From positions 868,001-932,000 of the forward strand of contig OZ024750.1 in NCBI GenBank assembly GCA_964016885.1: a stretch of 64,000 bases of DNA. Direction: 5' to 3'. Origin of the DNA: Eledone cirrhosa (Eukaryota). The translations under genes and the position numbers were made by a program. Shown in pieces: positions 44,771-60,357 of this stretch (position 1 is the stretch's first letter; each line of letters starts with the position of its first letter). The notes below the pieces were generated by a model that was given only the letters and a program-made list of their open reading frames with translations, searched no databases and was not told the origin of the DNA.

Positions 44771-45961
44771 TTATTTATTTACATATATGTATATATATAT
44801 ACAGGTGAGGGGATACAAATGACAGAATACAGCAATCAACATTTAATGTGGAATATAAGAAATTGGAAATGTAATTGGAATTGTTGAGAAGATTTATTAA
44901 TAATAACTATACTGGTTTTACGTTTGGATGATTTTCAAAAGTTAAGTGAGGAGCAGAGATGTGTGGCTATGTGGTGATGTGTCTCACATCACTTTTCCCA
45001 TATATATATATTCAATTTAGAATAGGCATACCCTATCCATGAGAGAGAAAGTGAGAAAGAAATAGTGAGGAAGAATCAACCCCAGTACTTGACTGGTACT
45101 TTTTTTTATCAACTTCAAATGGATGAAAGAACTCAGAGAGCAGAGACAGAAAGAATACTGCAAAGCATTCTATCCGATGTTCTAACAACTCTACATGTAT
45201 AAACTGCACACATGTATATATATATATATATATGTATATATATAATTTTAATTGATTAGTCTGGAAGAAGAGACTGTGCCGATGTCTTTCAGAGATATTC
45301 TATACAATATAGATTAGAGAGGAAAACAAGGTCTGACTGCCACAATACATGTCAAATAATTAAACCCTGCATTTATCATTACCACCACCAACAACAGTAA
45401 AGAGTTCACACAACTTACCATTACAGTACATATCATCATCTGATGTTTGCCCATCTTTTGCAAAAAGTACACCAAATTTGAAATTGACAGAACCCTGAAG
45501 AAATAAATGAAACATTGAAAGTTTTATATTGGGAAAGATTTATTTATATCTATTAACAAATTTAATATCTACCAGAAACTACCCAGGGTTCTATGAGATA
45601 AAACTGCTTATTTTAACCGGGTAGAAAAGTACATAGGCTGACTAGGAAGGAGTGATGCTAGAGCTGTGAATTCTTGTATGCATTAATTTCATCTCTTCTT
45701 ATTAATAACTACATTTCTAGGGACTCTGTTGAAAAATAAACCTCATTTGGTCATTCCATGAGAATATCTCAGTCCACCTGTGAACTTTTCAGCCTATGAA
45801 CTTGTAGTGTTAATAGTATTGAAGATTGTGGTGACAATGATGATGATATAGAATATACAGCACACATCTATTTAATATATTTAAAAGATAGATAGATTGA
45901 TAGATAGATATAGAAAATGTTTGCTTCACATAGATAAACAGAGAACAGATAATTCATATAT

Positions 45962-45992
<31 letters not shown>

Positions 45993-48900
45993 ATCATATA
46001 ATATATATATATAGGAGTAGTCAACACATACACACACATAAGTTCAAGCTTTAAATTAAGTGTTATCTTTTCGATTTATTAATATTTCTGAAAGTTTGTA
46101 AATTCAGTTGCCAATGATACATTTGTAGGTGATGAAGTTCCTGTCACGTGTGTATAGACTTAGTTGATATTTTTTTAAGATCACAAAATATGGCATATTT
46201 AGTGACTATATCATCTTTTCATATTGTTACTTTGGCATATTATTGGTTTTCAGTATGTTTTAGAAGTCTATGTTTTATATGTGCACAAAACCAATTTATT
46301 ATTTTTTTTATAAATTTGTTTCTTATATTACGAGCTGCAAGAAAAGTTAGTCACTGAGGATCTATTTGATTCTATAAGATTCTATTTGATTCTATAAGAT
46401 TCTATTTGATTCTATAAGATTCTATTTGATTCTATTTGATTCTATTTGATTCTATAAGATTCTATTTGATTCTATAAGATTCTATTTGATTCTATTTGAT
46501 TCTATTTGATTCTATAAGATTCTATTTGATTCTATTTGATTCTATTTGATTCTATTTGATTCTATTTGATTCTACTTGATTCTATTTGATTCTATTTGAT
46601 TCTATAAGATTCTATAAGATTCTATTTGATTCTATTTGATTCTACTTGATTCTATTTGATTCTATTTGATTCTATTTGATTCTATTTGATTCTACTTGAT
46701 TCTATTTGATTCTATTTGATTCTATAAGATTCTATAAGATTCTATTTGATTCTATTTGATTCTACTTGAGTCTATTTGATTCTATTTGATTCTATTTGAT
46801 TCTATAAGATTCTACTTGATTCTATTTGATTCTACATCTTAGCGTCTTCTATTATAGTCTTGTCTTTAATAGAAGATATATATATATCTTGATATATATA
46901 TAATGATGATGATGATGATGATGATCTTCTATTATAATAGTAATACAATATGTATATCTTCTATTATAATAGTAATACAATATGTATATCTTCTATTATA
47001 ATAGTAATACAATATATATATATATATCATCATCATCATCATCTTCGTTTAACGTCCATTTTCCATGCTAGCATGGGTTAGACGGGAGTTGTCCCGCTTG
47101 AGGCAAGGCTGGTCGGGTGACCGTGTCTCGCTCATATAGGACTATCTGGCAGGTTTTCTACGGCTGGATGCCCTTCCTAACACCAACCACTTTTACAGTG
47201 TGGAACTGGGAGGTTTTTACCGTGTTACCTACACGGCCACATTACAGCGTGGACTGTGTTTTTTGTTGTGACACCTACACGATCTTGATCTCATTTTCTC
47301 GTGCTGTTGGTGGGAGTGGGAGGATAGGGTAGGGGTAGTGGATTGGGGTGTATATTTGATTAAGAGGTGCCTACTGACTGTAGGTTTCGCTTTGTACATA
47401 GGCAAGGCGGGTCTTCTGTATTACTGCGTAGCGCCAAAGATCTCGGTCCAGAGACATTGTCTTAGAGAGATGTAAGTGTGTGAAGTCGGAATTTATCAGA
47501 TCATCCCAGGTTTTTCTGGGTCTACCTATTCTGAAACTACCATCTATTTTGATCGCCCTGCACTTTTTTATGCAGCTGTCGTCTTTCATGCGCATCACGT
47601 GACCATACCAACGTAGTCTTCTCTCAAGTAAACAGCATCTGATCCCTCTTATTCCTAATTTCTCACTTAGTTCATTTATGCTTTGCCATTCACATATATT
47701 ACTATTACACATCCAACGGAGCATGCATGCTTCGTTCCTTTCCAGTCTACGCAGGTCCTCTGCACGTAATGCCCATGACTCACTGCCATGTAGCATTGCT
47801 ATTCGTATACAGGCATCATACAATCTGCCTTTCATTTTTAGAGAGAAACCTTTTGTGGCCAACAGCGGTATAAGCTCTCTGAACTTTTTCCATCCCGTGC
47901 TGACTCTGGCTACTGTACTTTCAGAAGACCCTCCACCACTGCTGATTTCGTCACCCAGGTAACGGAAAGTGTCTACTATTTCTATAGAACCATCTGGGCA
48001 ATAGAAGGAGCTAGTATCCTTTGGACACTTGCTACTTATTGCACCTGAGCATCGGCCACATATAAAGTCTACGTTCTTAGATAGTTTACCTGTGATCCCA
48101 CTACATCTTTTATGTACCCATACTTTGCATTTGGGACATAAAATGGAATTTTTGCCTACTCCTTTCCTTCACACTGAGCATGGCCATTTCCCTGAGGGCA
48201 CCTGTGCCCTATTTTCCTTTCTACAAACTAGAACTTTAGTCTTAGACAAGTTAACTTTAAGGCCTTTTGATTCTAGGCCATGCTTCCATGTTTGGAATTT
48301 CTTCTCTAGTTCAGCCATTGATTCAGCTATGAGCGTTAGATCATCTGTGTATAGGAGTTCCCATGGGCAGCCGGTCTTGAACTGCTCTGTTATAGCCTGA
48401 AGGGCAATAATAAATAAGAGGGGGCTAAGGACAGAGCCTTGATGAACGCCAACTTTTACACTAAATTCTTCACAATATTCATTGTTAATTCTAACCTTAC
48501 TGACTGTTTCATTATACATAGCTTGTATAGCTCTCACAAGCCATTCATCTACACCTAGTTTTCTGAGAGCCCACCAGATAATGGAGCGGGGGACTCTGTC
48601 AAAAGCTTTCTCCAGGTCTACAAAAGCTAAGTAGCAGGGTTTACTTTTAGCTAGGTACTTCTCTTGTAGTTGTTGTACAAGGAAAAGAGCGTCTGTGGTA
48701 CTTTTACCTGACACAAACCCAAACTGCATTTCATCTAGATCAATTCGCTCTCTGATTAGTTGTGCTATAACTCTTTCTGTGACCTTCATGACCTGGTCAA
48801 CTAACTTAATGCTTCTATAGTTTCCCTTATCTAGAGCATCCCCTTTACCCTTGTAGCAGTTAATGATGATGCTGCTACGCCAGTCTTTCGGTATGACCCC

Positions 48901-51900
48901 ATTCTGTATTACTTGGTTAACTATACGGGTGACTATAGTGTGTCCCACCATACCAGATGCCTTCAACATCTCAGCAACTATCTCTGAAGGCCCAGCTGCC
49001 TTGCCTGTCTTCATATCTTTGATTGCCTTACTTATTATACTACCTTCAACTTGCATCGCTGGTCCTTCTATTGGATCGATTTGGGGCAGACTATCTTTTT
49101 CCCATTTATTCTCTTCATTTAATAGTCTCTCGTAGTGACACTTCCAGGCTATCTTCTCATCAGTATCAGTGAGCGCAAGTACACCATTATCATTACGGAC
49201 ACACTTCTCCCCGATAATATCCCGGTTTTCCTTGACACATTGTCTAGCAATCCTGAACACCTCACGTTTTTGGTCCTCACGTTGTAGAACATGCTTGAAT
49301 TTTCTATCCTCTGCTACCCTTTTTGCAAGGTACACTTGTCTCCTCGCTTCTCTCCTGGCCACTTGATAGTGCTCTCTACTTCCCCCATCCTGCCATACTT
49401 TCCAAGCCTACTTTTTGGCCTTGATTGTCTCTTCCACTTACTGTTCCACCACCAAGTTACTCTCCTCCAGCCACAGATTTCATCCGTTGCTTTCAACAGG
49501 TTCACTTTCAAGAATTGCCACTGTTCCTCTATATCGCACGTCTCTAATTGCTCTTCCTTATTGTCAAAGGCATCAAGTAATATGCTTTTAAATTTGTCAC
49601 TGGCTATGGGGTCCTTCAACTTCCATATTCTTCTCCTCAAGGTAGGCCTCTTCTGTCATCGAATACGTCTATTCCTGACTATGAGGTCACTAACTACTAG
49701 GCTATGTTGGGAGGTGCATTCTTCACGGGGGAGGGATTTAGTGTTTACAACAGACATTTTGTCCCGTCTTCTAGTAAGGATATAATCTATCTGGCTGGCG
49801 TGTTCCCCTGATCTATATGGTGATCAAGTGGTTTTCATGTTTTTTGAAGTTTGTGTTACAGATAGTGAGGCTATTTGCGTCACAGATGCATATCTTCTAT
49901 CATAATAGTAATAGAATATATATATATATATATGAGTCCAGGATTCAATCGGGGTAACCACAGTAAGTAACGTACTCAATACATTAGTAGAGTATATACT
50001 AACATTTAATATAGAAATGGGCTCTACAGGATTAGAACTGTTTCATTCAAAGGAAATCATCAGGGAAGCTTTACTGATGATTTCCTTTGATTGAAATGTA
50101 GAAGCCATTTCTATATTAAATAAATAAATATATATTTATTTATTTATGGATCTACACCATGGGTAAACCAGCAAGTTCTACACAATTGCTTGGCCTGCTA
50201 GAAACAGCCATCAAATCTTTTTCAACTTTTACTCAAGCCATGCACAGTTCTTTGGTTGACTAGCAGTATACCACGAGAGTGTTTTATTTATCCATTAAAT
50301 TGTCATAAATACCAACTGTAAAAGAAAATATTTATTATTTAGCTTGATTTGATTTATAAACTTACTTCTTGCTCCTCAAGGACGAGTAATTCTTTCTGTA
50401 TCTCTGTATCAAACACTTCTTTTGGACCTCTTTCGATCTTTTCCATTCCATAGTAGCTGGAAAAAACAAACAATAACAAAAACAAATATTTAACAATTAA
50501 GAATTTGTAAATATTTGAATGATTTATAACTGTTTTAATGCATGTCATTAATTCTTTTGTTGCCATATTTCTAATGAAAGTCACTTCCTATTATTTTTAA
50601 ATCATTTTGGAAATACTCAAAAATTTAGTAATATAACAAACTTTTTCATTATTTATCTGGTGTTTGGAACATAACTTCAAAAAGGTTCTTACATAAAATC
50701 CCTTCGTAAAGTGGTCGTGTTGGTGGCATAACAAAAAGCACCCAATTCACCCTGTAACAAGGTTTGTGTTAGGAAGGACACAACGATGATGATGATAAAC
50801 ATTTTAAAACAAACAATTTTGTATGATAGAACGAGGGGCAGGTGACAGTTTGATAACAAAAGGTTTAAAAGAGACGTCAGAGGAATGAGACTAATGGAGG
50901 GATGATGTGATGGAAAAGACTCATATAACCTATGCAAGCATGGAAAAATGGATGATGATGATGATGACAACGATTATATCTGATGATGATGATGATGATG
51001 TAATTACTTGCTCAACCAAGTCAGTAAATAGCACATTCAAACACAAACTGTAAATTGCAAAAATTGCAGTTGACAGAGTTGTTTCAGAGTTGAACTGCTG
51101 CAGTTTGAAGAGTTGACAGTCTGCAGCTGTCACCGTAGCATTGTTCTCTGGCATTGCTTTAAAAGATAAATAATTAAAAAAAAAAAAAATAACTGTCTCA
51201 GTTCCTGAAATATAAATAAGTACTACTCTACATAATTCAGGCACGCTATAATCCACCATCATCATCATCATTATCATCATCATCGCTTAATGTCCATTTT
51301 CACACTATAATAGGTTAGACAGGTTGTCCCATTAGAAGCAAGTTGGGTCAGGTGTCTCTGTCTTGCTCATATAGAACTGTTTCTGGCTTGGTTTCTACAG
51401 CTGGATGTCCTTCCTAACACCAACCACATTTACAGTGAGAACTGGGAGCCTTTTTTCTCATCAAGAGCAGAAAATTGCAGCTGACAGGGCATGTCCTATG
51501 AATGGGGGATAATATACCAGCAAGAACTGGAATGTCATGGTTACCAGGTATTGGGAAAAGACCAAAAGGTAAGCAAAAGAACACCTGGAGATCAACCATA
51601 AAGGATGACTAGCACAGGGGTGACACAAATTGGTTTTAAGCACCAACCCTTGCCAGAAACAGAGAAAGATGGAAGAGCACAGTGGCCCATTGCTGTGAGG
51701 AGGAACCAGATGATCAGTTTACTTTGGATGGTTTAAACACTAATTAATATAGAGTTAGTTGTAGTAGAAATAGTACCATAAATTAGTGGTTAATCCTGAT
51801 GGATTAAAATTAACTTTAATACATTCTTGAAATCCTGTATATTGCACAGCATTTTCATCACCAAAGCAACCATGGATGGAAAGATTATACCTAACTGAGT

Positions 51901-54900
51901 GTATGTCTAAGAATAGAATGATAGTTTTACAATTGGCTCATGTAAAAATCTTGCTTTTAATACGAGACACACTATTCTTGTATTGGTTTCAGTCATTGTT
52001 ACTGTAGTGACAGTGGTGGAAACCTCTATAAACAGGAAATTAATATACTGTAACTATAAGAATTATCAGGTATTAATGAAAAGAACTGAACAAACATGAG
52101 GCAAACAGGCAAATAAGTTTTAAGGATATGTAACAGTCCTCATAAAACCAGGGGAAGTTGTGGTTCTTCATAGTGTTCATTGTTTAATAGACCAATAAGA
52201 GAGCAGTATCTCTCAGCCATGCATTGCATTGGTTACATAAGTGGAACTTCAAATCCCCCCCCCCCCCCCCATCTCCCTTTGGCAAACGTCAGCTACAGCA
52301 GGAACTGGTTGGAATAATCATTGTCTACTCTTGTTTTAGCGAGTCTTAACCATTTTCATACCCACCTGCCTGAAACCATGTCTCTACAATATAAAACTAT
52401 TCATTGTAAAGTGTTTATAATTATATATCTGCCAGATGGGACTGCTAGATAGTATCAGCAATGGCAAGACTAATGGGAACATTGATTCCTTGGTCCAATC
52501 TATATTTATGTAACTACCTTACATCATAATTATATTGTCTCAAACTTTTATCAAGTTATATCCCAAGCCTTTATTAAGTCATGTTCCAAATGCCAACTTT
52601 AATATGAGAAAGTTAGTTACATTATTATAGTATATATACTACAATATATATACTACAGTATATATACTACAGTATATATACTGTAGTATATATACTATAG
52701 TATATATACTACAGTATATATACTACATTATATATACTACAGTATATATACTACAATATATATACTACAGTATATATACTGTAGTATATATACTGTAGTA
52801 TATATACTACAGTATATATACTACAATATATATACTACAGTATATATACTACAGTATATATATACTACAATATATATATACTACAATATATATATACTAC
52901 AATATATATATACTACAATATATATACTACAATATATATACTACAATATATATACTACAATATATATATACTACAATATATATATACTACAGAATATATA
53001 CTACAGTATATATACACTATAGTACACATATTATAGTATATATATACTAGAGTATATATACACTATAGTATATATACACTATAGTATACATATTATAGTA
53101 TATATATATTAGAGTATATATACTACACTATAGTACACATATTATAGTATATATATATACTACAATATATATACACTACAGTATACACACTACAGTATAT
53201 ATACAGTGCAGTGTATACACACTACAGTATACACACTACAATATATTCACACTATAGTATATGAACAATACAGTATATATATATACACATTACATTATAT
53301 ACACTACAGTACACACATTACATTATATACACCTTATGTTATATTCACCTTATGTTATATACACACTACAGTATATATACACATTACATTATATACACAC
53401 TAGTATATAACACATTATGTTATATACACACTGTAGTATATAACACATTATGTTATATACACACTGTAGTATATAACACATTATGTTATATACACACTGT
53501 AGTATATAACATATGTAACAATGTCATCAACATAAAGAGATTAATATTTAAAAAGACAAAATAATTCCAGTAAGAGAAAAATATAAATATAGAAATATAG
53601 AAATAAAATAGAAATCTAAAAATCTAAAAATCTAGAAATCTACTCACTTGAGGATTCCTTTAACAGTTTGTGGTTTGTTTGGATTGAAAGACAAACATAT
53701 TCGTTGTGCTCCCTATTGAGAATAAACAATTTAAACAGTTTTATAAACATTTAAATAATCATTTGAAACAGTTAATTTCTACATTTAACTAATCATTTGA
53801 AATATAAAGTTAATTCCTTCAGTATTTAAACAAACAAAATTAAGATTGTTTGAAATGAGTTCTCTGTAAGTAAGTTTTAAATTTATCATCATCATCATCA
53901 TCATCATTATTGTTGTTGTGACCATAGTCAAACATTCCTGACAAAGTCTCTCTACAATTCACGATTTTCTGTTGCTCCTGGCAACTGTTCTCTATGGAGA
54001 TCTGTATTGTCTGAGAGTTGATTGGTGATGGTTCAAGCAGATCTTCCTCTACTGTATCTTATATGAGTTGGTTCCTACAATAGTAGCTTGTATATAACTT
54101 CCTGCTTACTTCTCCAGCAATGTCCTCCAAATTGTGACTGTCTTTGAGCAATTGTAGTTGTTATCTTGGGCAGGTTTCCATATAAACTTCCATTTGTAAA
54201 GCATTTCAGTATGTACCATCTAGTTTCTTGTCAAGTGCTTGTGTCAGGGTCCATATACCTGATCCATACAACAACACTGACACAAGTGCTTGTGTCAGGG
54301 TCCATGTAAATTGATCCATACAACAACATTGGCTCAAGTGCTTGTGTCAAGAACCATGTACCTGATCCATACAACAACATTGGCTCAAGTGCTTGTGTCA
54401 GGGTCAATGTACCTGATCCATACAACAACACTGACTCAAGTGCTTGTGTCAGGGGCAATGTACCTGATCCATACAACAACACTGACTCAAGTGCTTGTGA
54501 TGATATAAATGAGATCATATTGAGGACGACAGAGAGCAACAGGATTAAAGTAGTGAAGTGCAAATAAAGGAAGGGTTGACACTTTTGTCACATATTACAA
54601 GTATGGGAGGGTCTGCAAAGGTCATGAGCTCTGCCCCTCCTTCTTTGACTAACTCACAGAAAAAAGAAAATGATTGTTTTTTTTCCATTCCATAATGCAC
54701 AGCACTCAGCTTGTGGTAGTTTACCATTTCATGACCATATATAAACCAATTATTCCTCTGAATTTACATAAAATGAACCATTTCTTCTACATTAGCATAG
54801 CACGGACATAAAACAGTTTGAAAACTATATAAATATACATTAGTTGAAGGAAACTAAGATAGATAGACTGAAAACTAGAGAGATATAATTAGATAGATAA

Positions 54901-57849
54901 AAGGATAGATAGATAGACAAATAGATGTAAGGATAGATAGATAGATAGCTATAGAGTTTTAAGGAAGCCATTGAAAGACATTTATTAAAGGTTTCCATTA
55001 AATTATTCAGTGTTAATTCATAAAATAATTCTTGTTTGCTATGATGTTTCTCTGTTCTACATTTCAGATGTCATAAAATTATCACATTTCTTTTCACACT
55101 TATTTCTCTGTGTTGGCATGGAAGGATAACTTTGAAAACTGTCACCCTCCCTTTCATGTCTTTCATATAAGATATGGATATATTTCTTTCGAGATTCAAC
55201 TTCTTTCATCTAACTACTGAAGCAAACAAAATAAGGATTTCTTTCTTGAAAATAAAAGTGAGTTAATTTGGAAAAGTTGGTGGTAGTATATTGCAAGTTG
55301 ACTGGGTACCATTGTAATTAACTGGTTGTAAGTTGAAGTCCTTGTGAAGGCACGTGGCCTAGTGGTAAAGGTGTTGGACTTATGATCGTAATGTTGTGGG
55401 TTCGATTCCTGGGCTGGGTTGTGTTGAATTCTTGAGCAAATCACTTCATTTCATGTTGTTCCAGTATAGTTAGCTGAAAAGAGTACCAGTAATAGCTGGA
55501 AGTTTAACCCTGCGATGGACTGGTGTCCTGTCCAGGGGGAAATCTTGTACTCTCAGTTGCTTCATGCCATGAAACCGGGATAAGCACCGGCTCAACGTAT
55601 TGCTTGCACCGCACAAGGGCATGCATGCATGCATCTTGAAGTCCAATATGTAAGATCTGGTTATGTGTGTATTTTATATGTATTACAGATATTTGTGAAG
55701 GTGAATGGTTTCGTGGTTAGAGCATAGGGCTTGCAATCATTAGGTGGTGAGTTCGATTCTCGGACCGGGTGATGTGTTGTGTCATTGAGTAAGACACTTT
55801 ATTTCACATTACTCCAGTTCACTCAGCTGTAGAAATGAGTTGCGACATCACTGGTACCAAGCTGTATTGGCTGTTGTCTTTCCCTTGGACAACATCAGTG
55901 GTGTGGAGAGGGGAGACTGTTATACATGGGTGACTGCTGGTCTTCCACAAACAACCTTGCCGGGATTGGCACTTAGATCACAAAAACTGGAATAAATACC
56001 TGCAAAGCATTTAATTTGATGTGTTAATGCTTTTACCAATTCCCTCCCAATTCATATGTTGGGTTTAATTCCATGGTATGTAGATTGAGTCTGGTAATCA
56101 GGATTTCAGGATTTGTTTTATATCTTTAGTGTGTGTTCAATAAATAAACTACTACTTTGGTGATGTCAAATTAATATACATGTTAGAACTTTAATTTTAA
56201 AGAGCTTTGTTATTATTATTGATGTTTATGTTTAGCCTCAGATCAGACACGATCAAACATACCTATGATAAAAAGCCTTCCTGAAATGACTATTCTGCCT
56301 GTTTCTGTTTCGAAATTGTAGGGTGTGAGTTGAGAGAGATATTTAACTGCTCTTTCTAGCAGATTTACCAATCATGTAGTGGCTCCCCTCATGAATTTTA
56401 CAAGTATTTGGCAACAAATAAGAAAGTTATGTCAGCTGAGGTAATTACAGTTGCAACTATTTTCTAAATAGTTAATAGACCAGACTGGTTTGCTGTTCTT
56501 TTTCTACTGATCTAACAAAAATCAATATTTACATAACTGCAGTGGCAGAAACAGCAGAATCACCATCATCATCATCACCAACTCAATTTAATGTCCATTT
56601 TTTTTCTATGCTATCATGAGTTAGATGAGTTGTCCCATTGTGAGATAAGTCAGATCAGATGACCATGTCTTACTCATACAGAACTGATTCTGGCTTGGTT
56701 TCTACGACTGGATGGATGCCCTTCCTAATGCCAACCACATTTACAGTGTGGACTGGGGGCTTTTTAACGTGGCACCAAAATGATAAACTGATAGGTTGGA
56801 CTGAATGCTTTTTGTTGTGTCACCAACATGACCACTTTACAGGGTGGACTGGGTGCTTTTTGTCATGTCAAATCAAAATGATTTATAGCATTGGAACAAT
56901 TTATAGTATTTAGTCTTATCTTTCAGAGCTATGAGTTCAAATCCTGCATTGGTTAACCTTGATTTTATCTCAGTTATAGCCACTCTCAAGACGAGAGGCT
57001 TGTCAAGCTGGAGCTTAACCCGGCTTCAGTAGTGTTAAGCAGCTGAAAGTACACATACCTCTCATTCGAGACTTGATAAAATAAATGCTAGGCATGTACT
57101 AGGGCCAACCATACAAGGGTCAGCTGAAAAGATACTCTCATGGAATGACCAAATGAGGTTTATTTTTCAACATAGTCCCTGCAAAGAGTTGAAATTAATG
57201 CATGCCAGATTTCAAAGTTATAGCATCACTCCTTCATAGTCAGTCTATGAACTTTTCAGCCGACCCTTGTAGTTCCCTTCTACAAATTTGAGATTTTGTT
57301 GTGATGTGAAAATTGATATTGTTATTAAACTGTTATCAGAAACAAAAAGCATGGCTATTAAGCCTGACAGAAATATCTGAGTACTAACAACTGAATTGAT
57401 TAAATACTAATTAGATGTTTTGTAGAAAAGGAAATTAAAATTAATCCTGTTGATTAGATATTTGGAGACATGTAAGGCTGGGTGGTTAGGGAGTTAGTTT
57501 TGTAATCCCGTTGTTTTAGGTTTGGTTCCATCTTGTGGCACTTTAAACAAGTCTCAAGTGCTATAATCTTCAGTTTATATATTGGGAGGAAAATTTGGTA
57601 GAAGGAAACTGAAGAGAATATATATATATAGAAGTAGTAACAACAGTTAGTTGACCATACCGAGAACAATTGTTTCACCTTATGTGAATCTTCAACTCGG
57701 ACTGGTAATCCAGTCCGAGTTGAAGATTCACATAAGGTGAAACAATTGTTCTCGGTATGGTCAACTAACTGTTGTGTTACTACTTCTACCAAACTCGTCC
57801 CATGGACTGAGTCCTCTACCACTACGGATATTACTTTCCAGTGTTCTAC

Positions 57850-57907
<58 letters not shown>

Positions 57908-60316
57908 TACAACAAAATGAGGTTTCACATTAAGGTTTTTATTGATTAGGCTCAGTTACACACACACACACACACACACATATAAATTTAAAGGTATAGA
58001 AAAAACAAACAACTAGACATGAAGTAGAAGTTAGATGAAAAACATTTTAATTAAAGTCCGTTCTTTAACACATGTTTCAGTACAACATCAGTCTACGAGC
58101 GCTGATTGCATATTATTATTATACTCAATTGCTAGCATTATGTAAAACACTGCGCTTCTTCAGAAAGAGTTCATAGTTCAAGGTGAGGTCCTGCATCTTG
58201 CAGAAGGAATTTTCTTACCGCTATCTACTCAGACCTAAAGGCAACTCTTTAGGTCTGAGTGATTGTGATGATTGGCTGTCATTAAATAATCAAACAATTA
58301 TCCAGCCCTTATTAGATAACACTCAATACGAGTTCAATACATGACAAAAAAAAAAAAAACTTGCACAAAATGCCATGAGGTAAGATTGAACTAGGGACTC
58401 CAATATTGCAAAGCCAAGGTTTTAACCACTTGACTATGCTTGTGTCATATAATTACTTCATCTTCTCAGATGACAGATCATCCTTATGTAATATTCAGTC
58501 AAGTTCTGTTCAGTATTATGTGTTGATGTGTTCCGAGAAGACTTTTAAGATCGGCAGATAATTATTTATATGGAATAGAAAAATAACTTAGAATTTCTAC
58601 AACTTTGATTAGATGTATCTGTGGCATGACATTGTAGTGCATATGTCTTTGCAGTTTAGGTTTCAGTTAATGCACTCTGATGCACAAAATCCCGACTGCG
58701 GCGCAAGCGGTTTCAGCTTGTGTGCCATACACACATATATGCAAAAAGTAAACGGAAACAATAAAGCAAACAACACAGTATAATGAAGAAATATATTTGT
58801 TTCATGCTTGATATAGTAGGAAAAGAGTCTTTACGTTTCAGACACTAGTCCTTCATCAGAAGATAGAATGAAAAGTAAAAGATGAAATAGAAAGATTGAG
58901 AGGGAAAACAGGAGGGAACGGAAAAAATATAAGGTGTCCTTATGTATACACACTTCAACAGCAAAAAACAAACAAACAATGCATTCAAATAAATTCTGTT
59001 TTATATGCATTATTTAAATTATGTAAACATTTTTGGGTGTTTACTTACAATTGAATTAAGTCTGGAGATCATTTTATTTTTGGAAAAGGTTGAACATTCT
59101 AATAAATATTGCCTGTACAGGTAATCAAAGTATGTATACATTTTTTTGGGACACCCTGTGTATATGAGATGCTACTAATTAAGACCAGTGAGGCCGTTAT
59201 TCACCTCAGTAGTGTATACTTAAAGAAAGTAGAGTGTAGATATTATTATAGGGATTCTTTGTCTTATGGTTGAGCTTATAACATTTCGATAGCAAATGAG
59301 AAATAAACCTGATTAAATCCTCCATTTCTTCTCGAAACAGGCTTAACCAGAAGGAACAGAACCCCTATAATAACAATTTCTGATTTAGGCATAAGAAGGC
59401 CAGCAATTTTGCGAGAAGGGAAAGTCGATCCCAGTACATTACTGGTACTTTATTTCATCGAACCCGAAAGGATGAAAGGCAAGTTAACCTCACCGGGATT
59501 TGAACTCGGAATGTAAAGGGACAACAACAGTAATAATAATTTCTCATTTAGGCACAAGACCAACAATTTCTGGGGGGAGGGGAAAGTTGATTAAATCGAC
59601 CCCAGTGTATTACTAGTACTTTATTTTACCAACCCCGTGTGTGTAGCAGTATAAATCTGCATGAATACCTTGAAGGTAACCACTTTACTAAAAGGTGTCT
59701 AAAAATAGGTTAACTCAATCATTTGATGACTACATATCGATAAAACATGTATTAGGGACTGATATTATATAACTGATTAAATCCCGCCCAGGTCAACTTT
59801 GCCTTTCATCCTTACGGGGTCGATAAAATAAAGTACCAGTAATGCACTGGGTAATTGCTGGCCTTGTGCCTAAAGTAGAAACAATTATATAACTGATTAA
59901 AACTCAAGGCACTGTCCCAGCATGGCCAGAGTCGAATGACTGAAACCGACAAAAGAATAAATACTTACTGTTTTTCTCCACAAAATTGTTCTGTACTGGG
60001 GTACATTGAGGTTGTTGGCATCTGTGACAACCACAGATAAAACGAATGGTTCTTTTTCCCCATCAGCTCCAACATAATTCTGATGTACTACATAAGAGAA
60101 GTCAGAAGTTTGATAATATTCTCAGTCCACACTCGCTATTTATATTCTTGTATTTCTTAGCTAACTCTCTTTCTCTCTCTCAAACACACAGCGTGTGTGC
60201 GCATGTGCACACACACACTCTCTCTCTCTCACACACACACATATATACACTCAATGTATATATATATATACATACACTTACACCTATATGAGAGAGAGAG
60301 ATAGATAGATAGATAA

Positions 60317-60357
<41 letters not shown>

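Noticed and set aside
48029-49785. Plus-strand ORFs overlapping the LINE
   Set aside because: They are antisense shadows of the RT ORF.
55350-55415. tRNA gene-like A/B boxes, also at 41515, 55700 and 36435
   Set aside because: They continue into SINE bodies and lack a full cloverleaf, so they are SINE heads.
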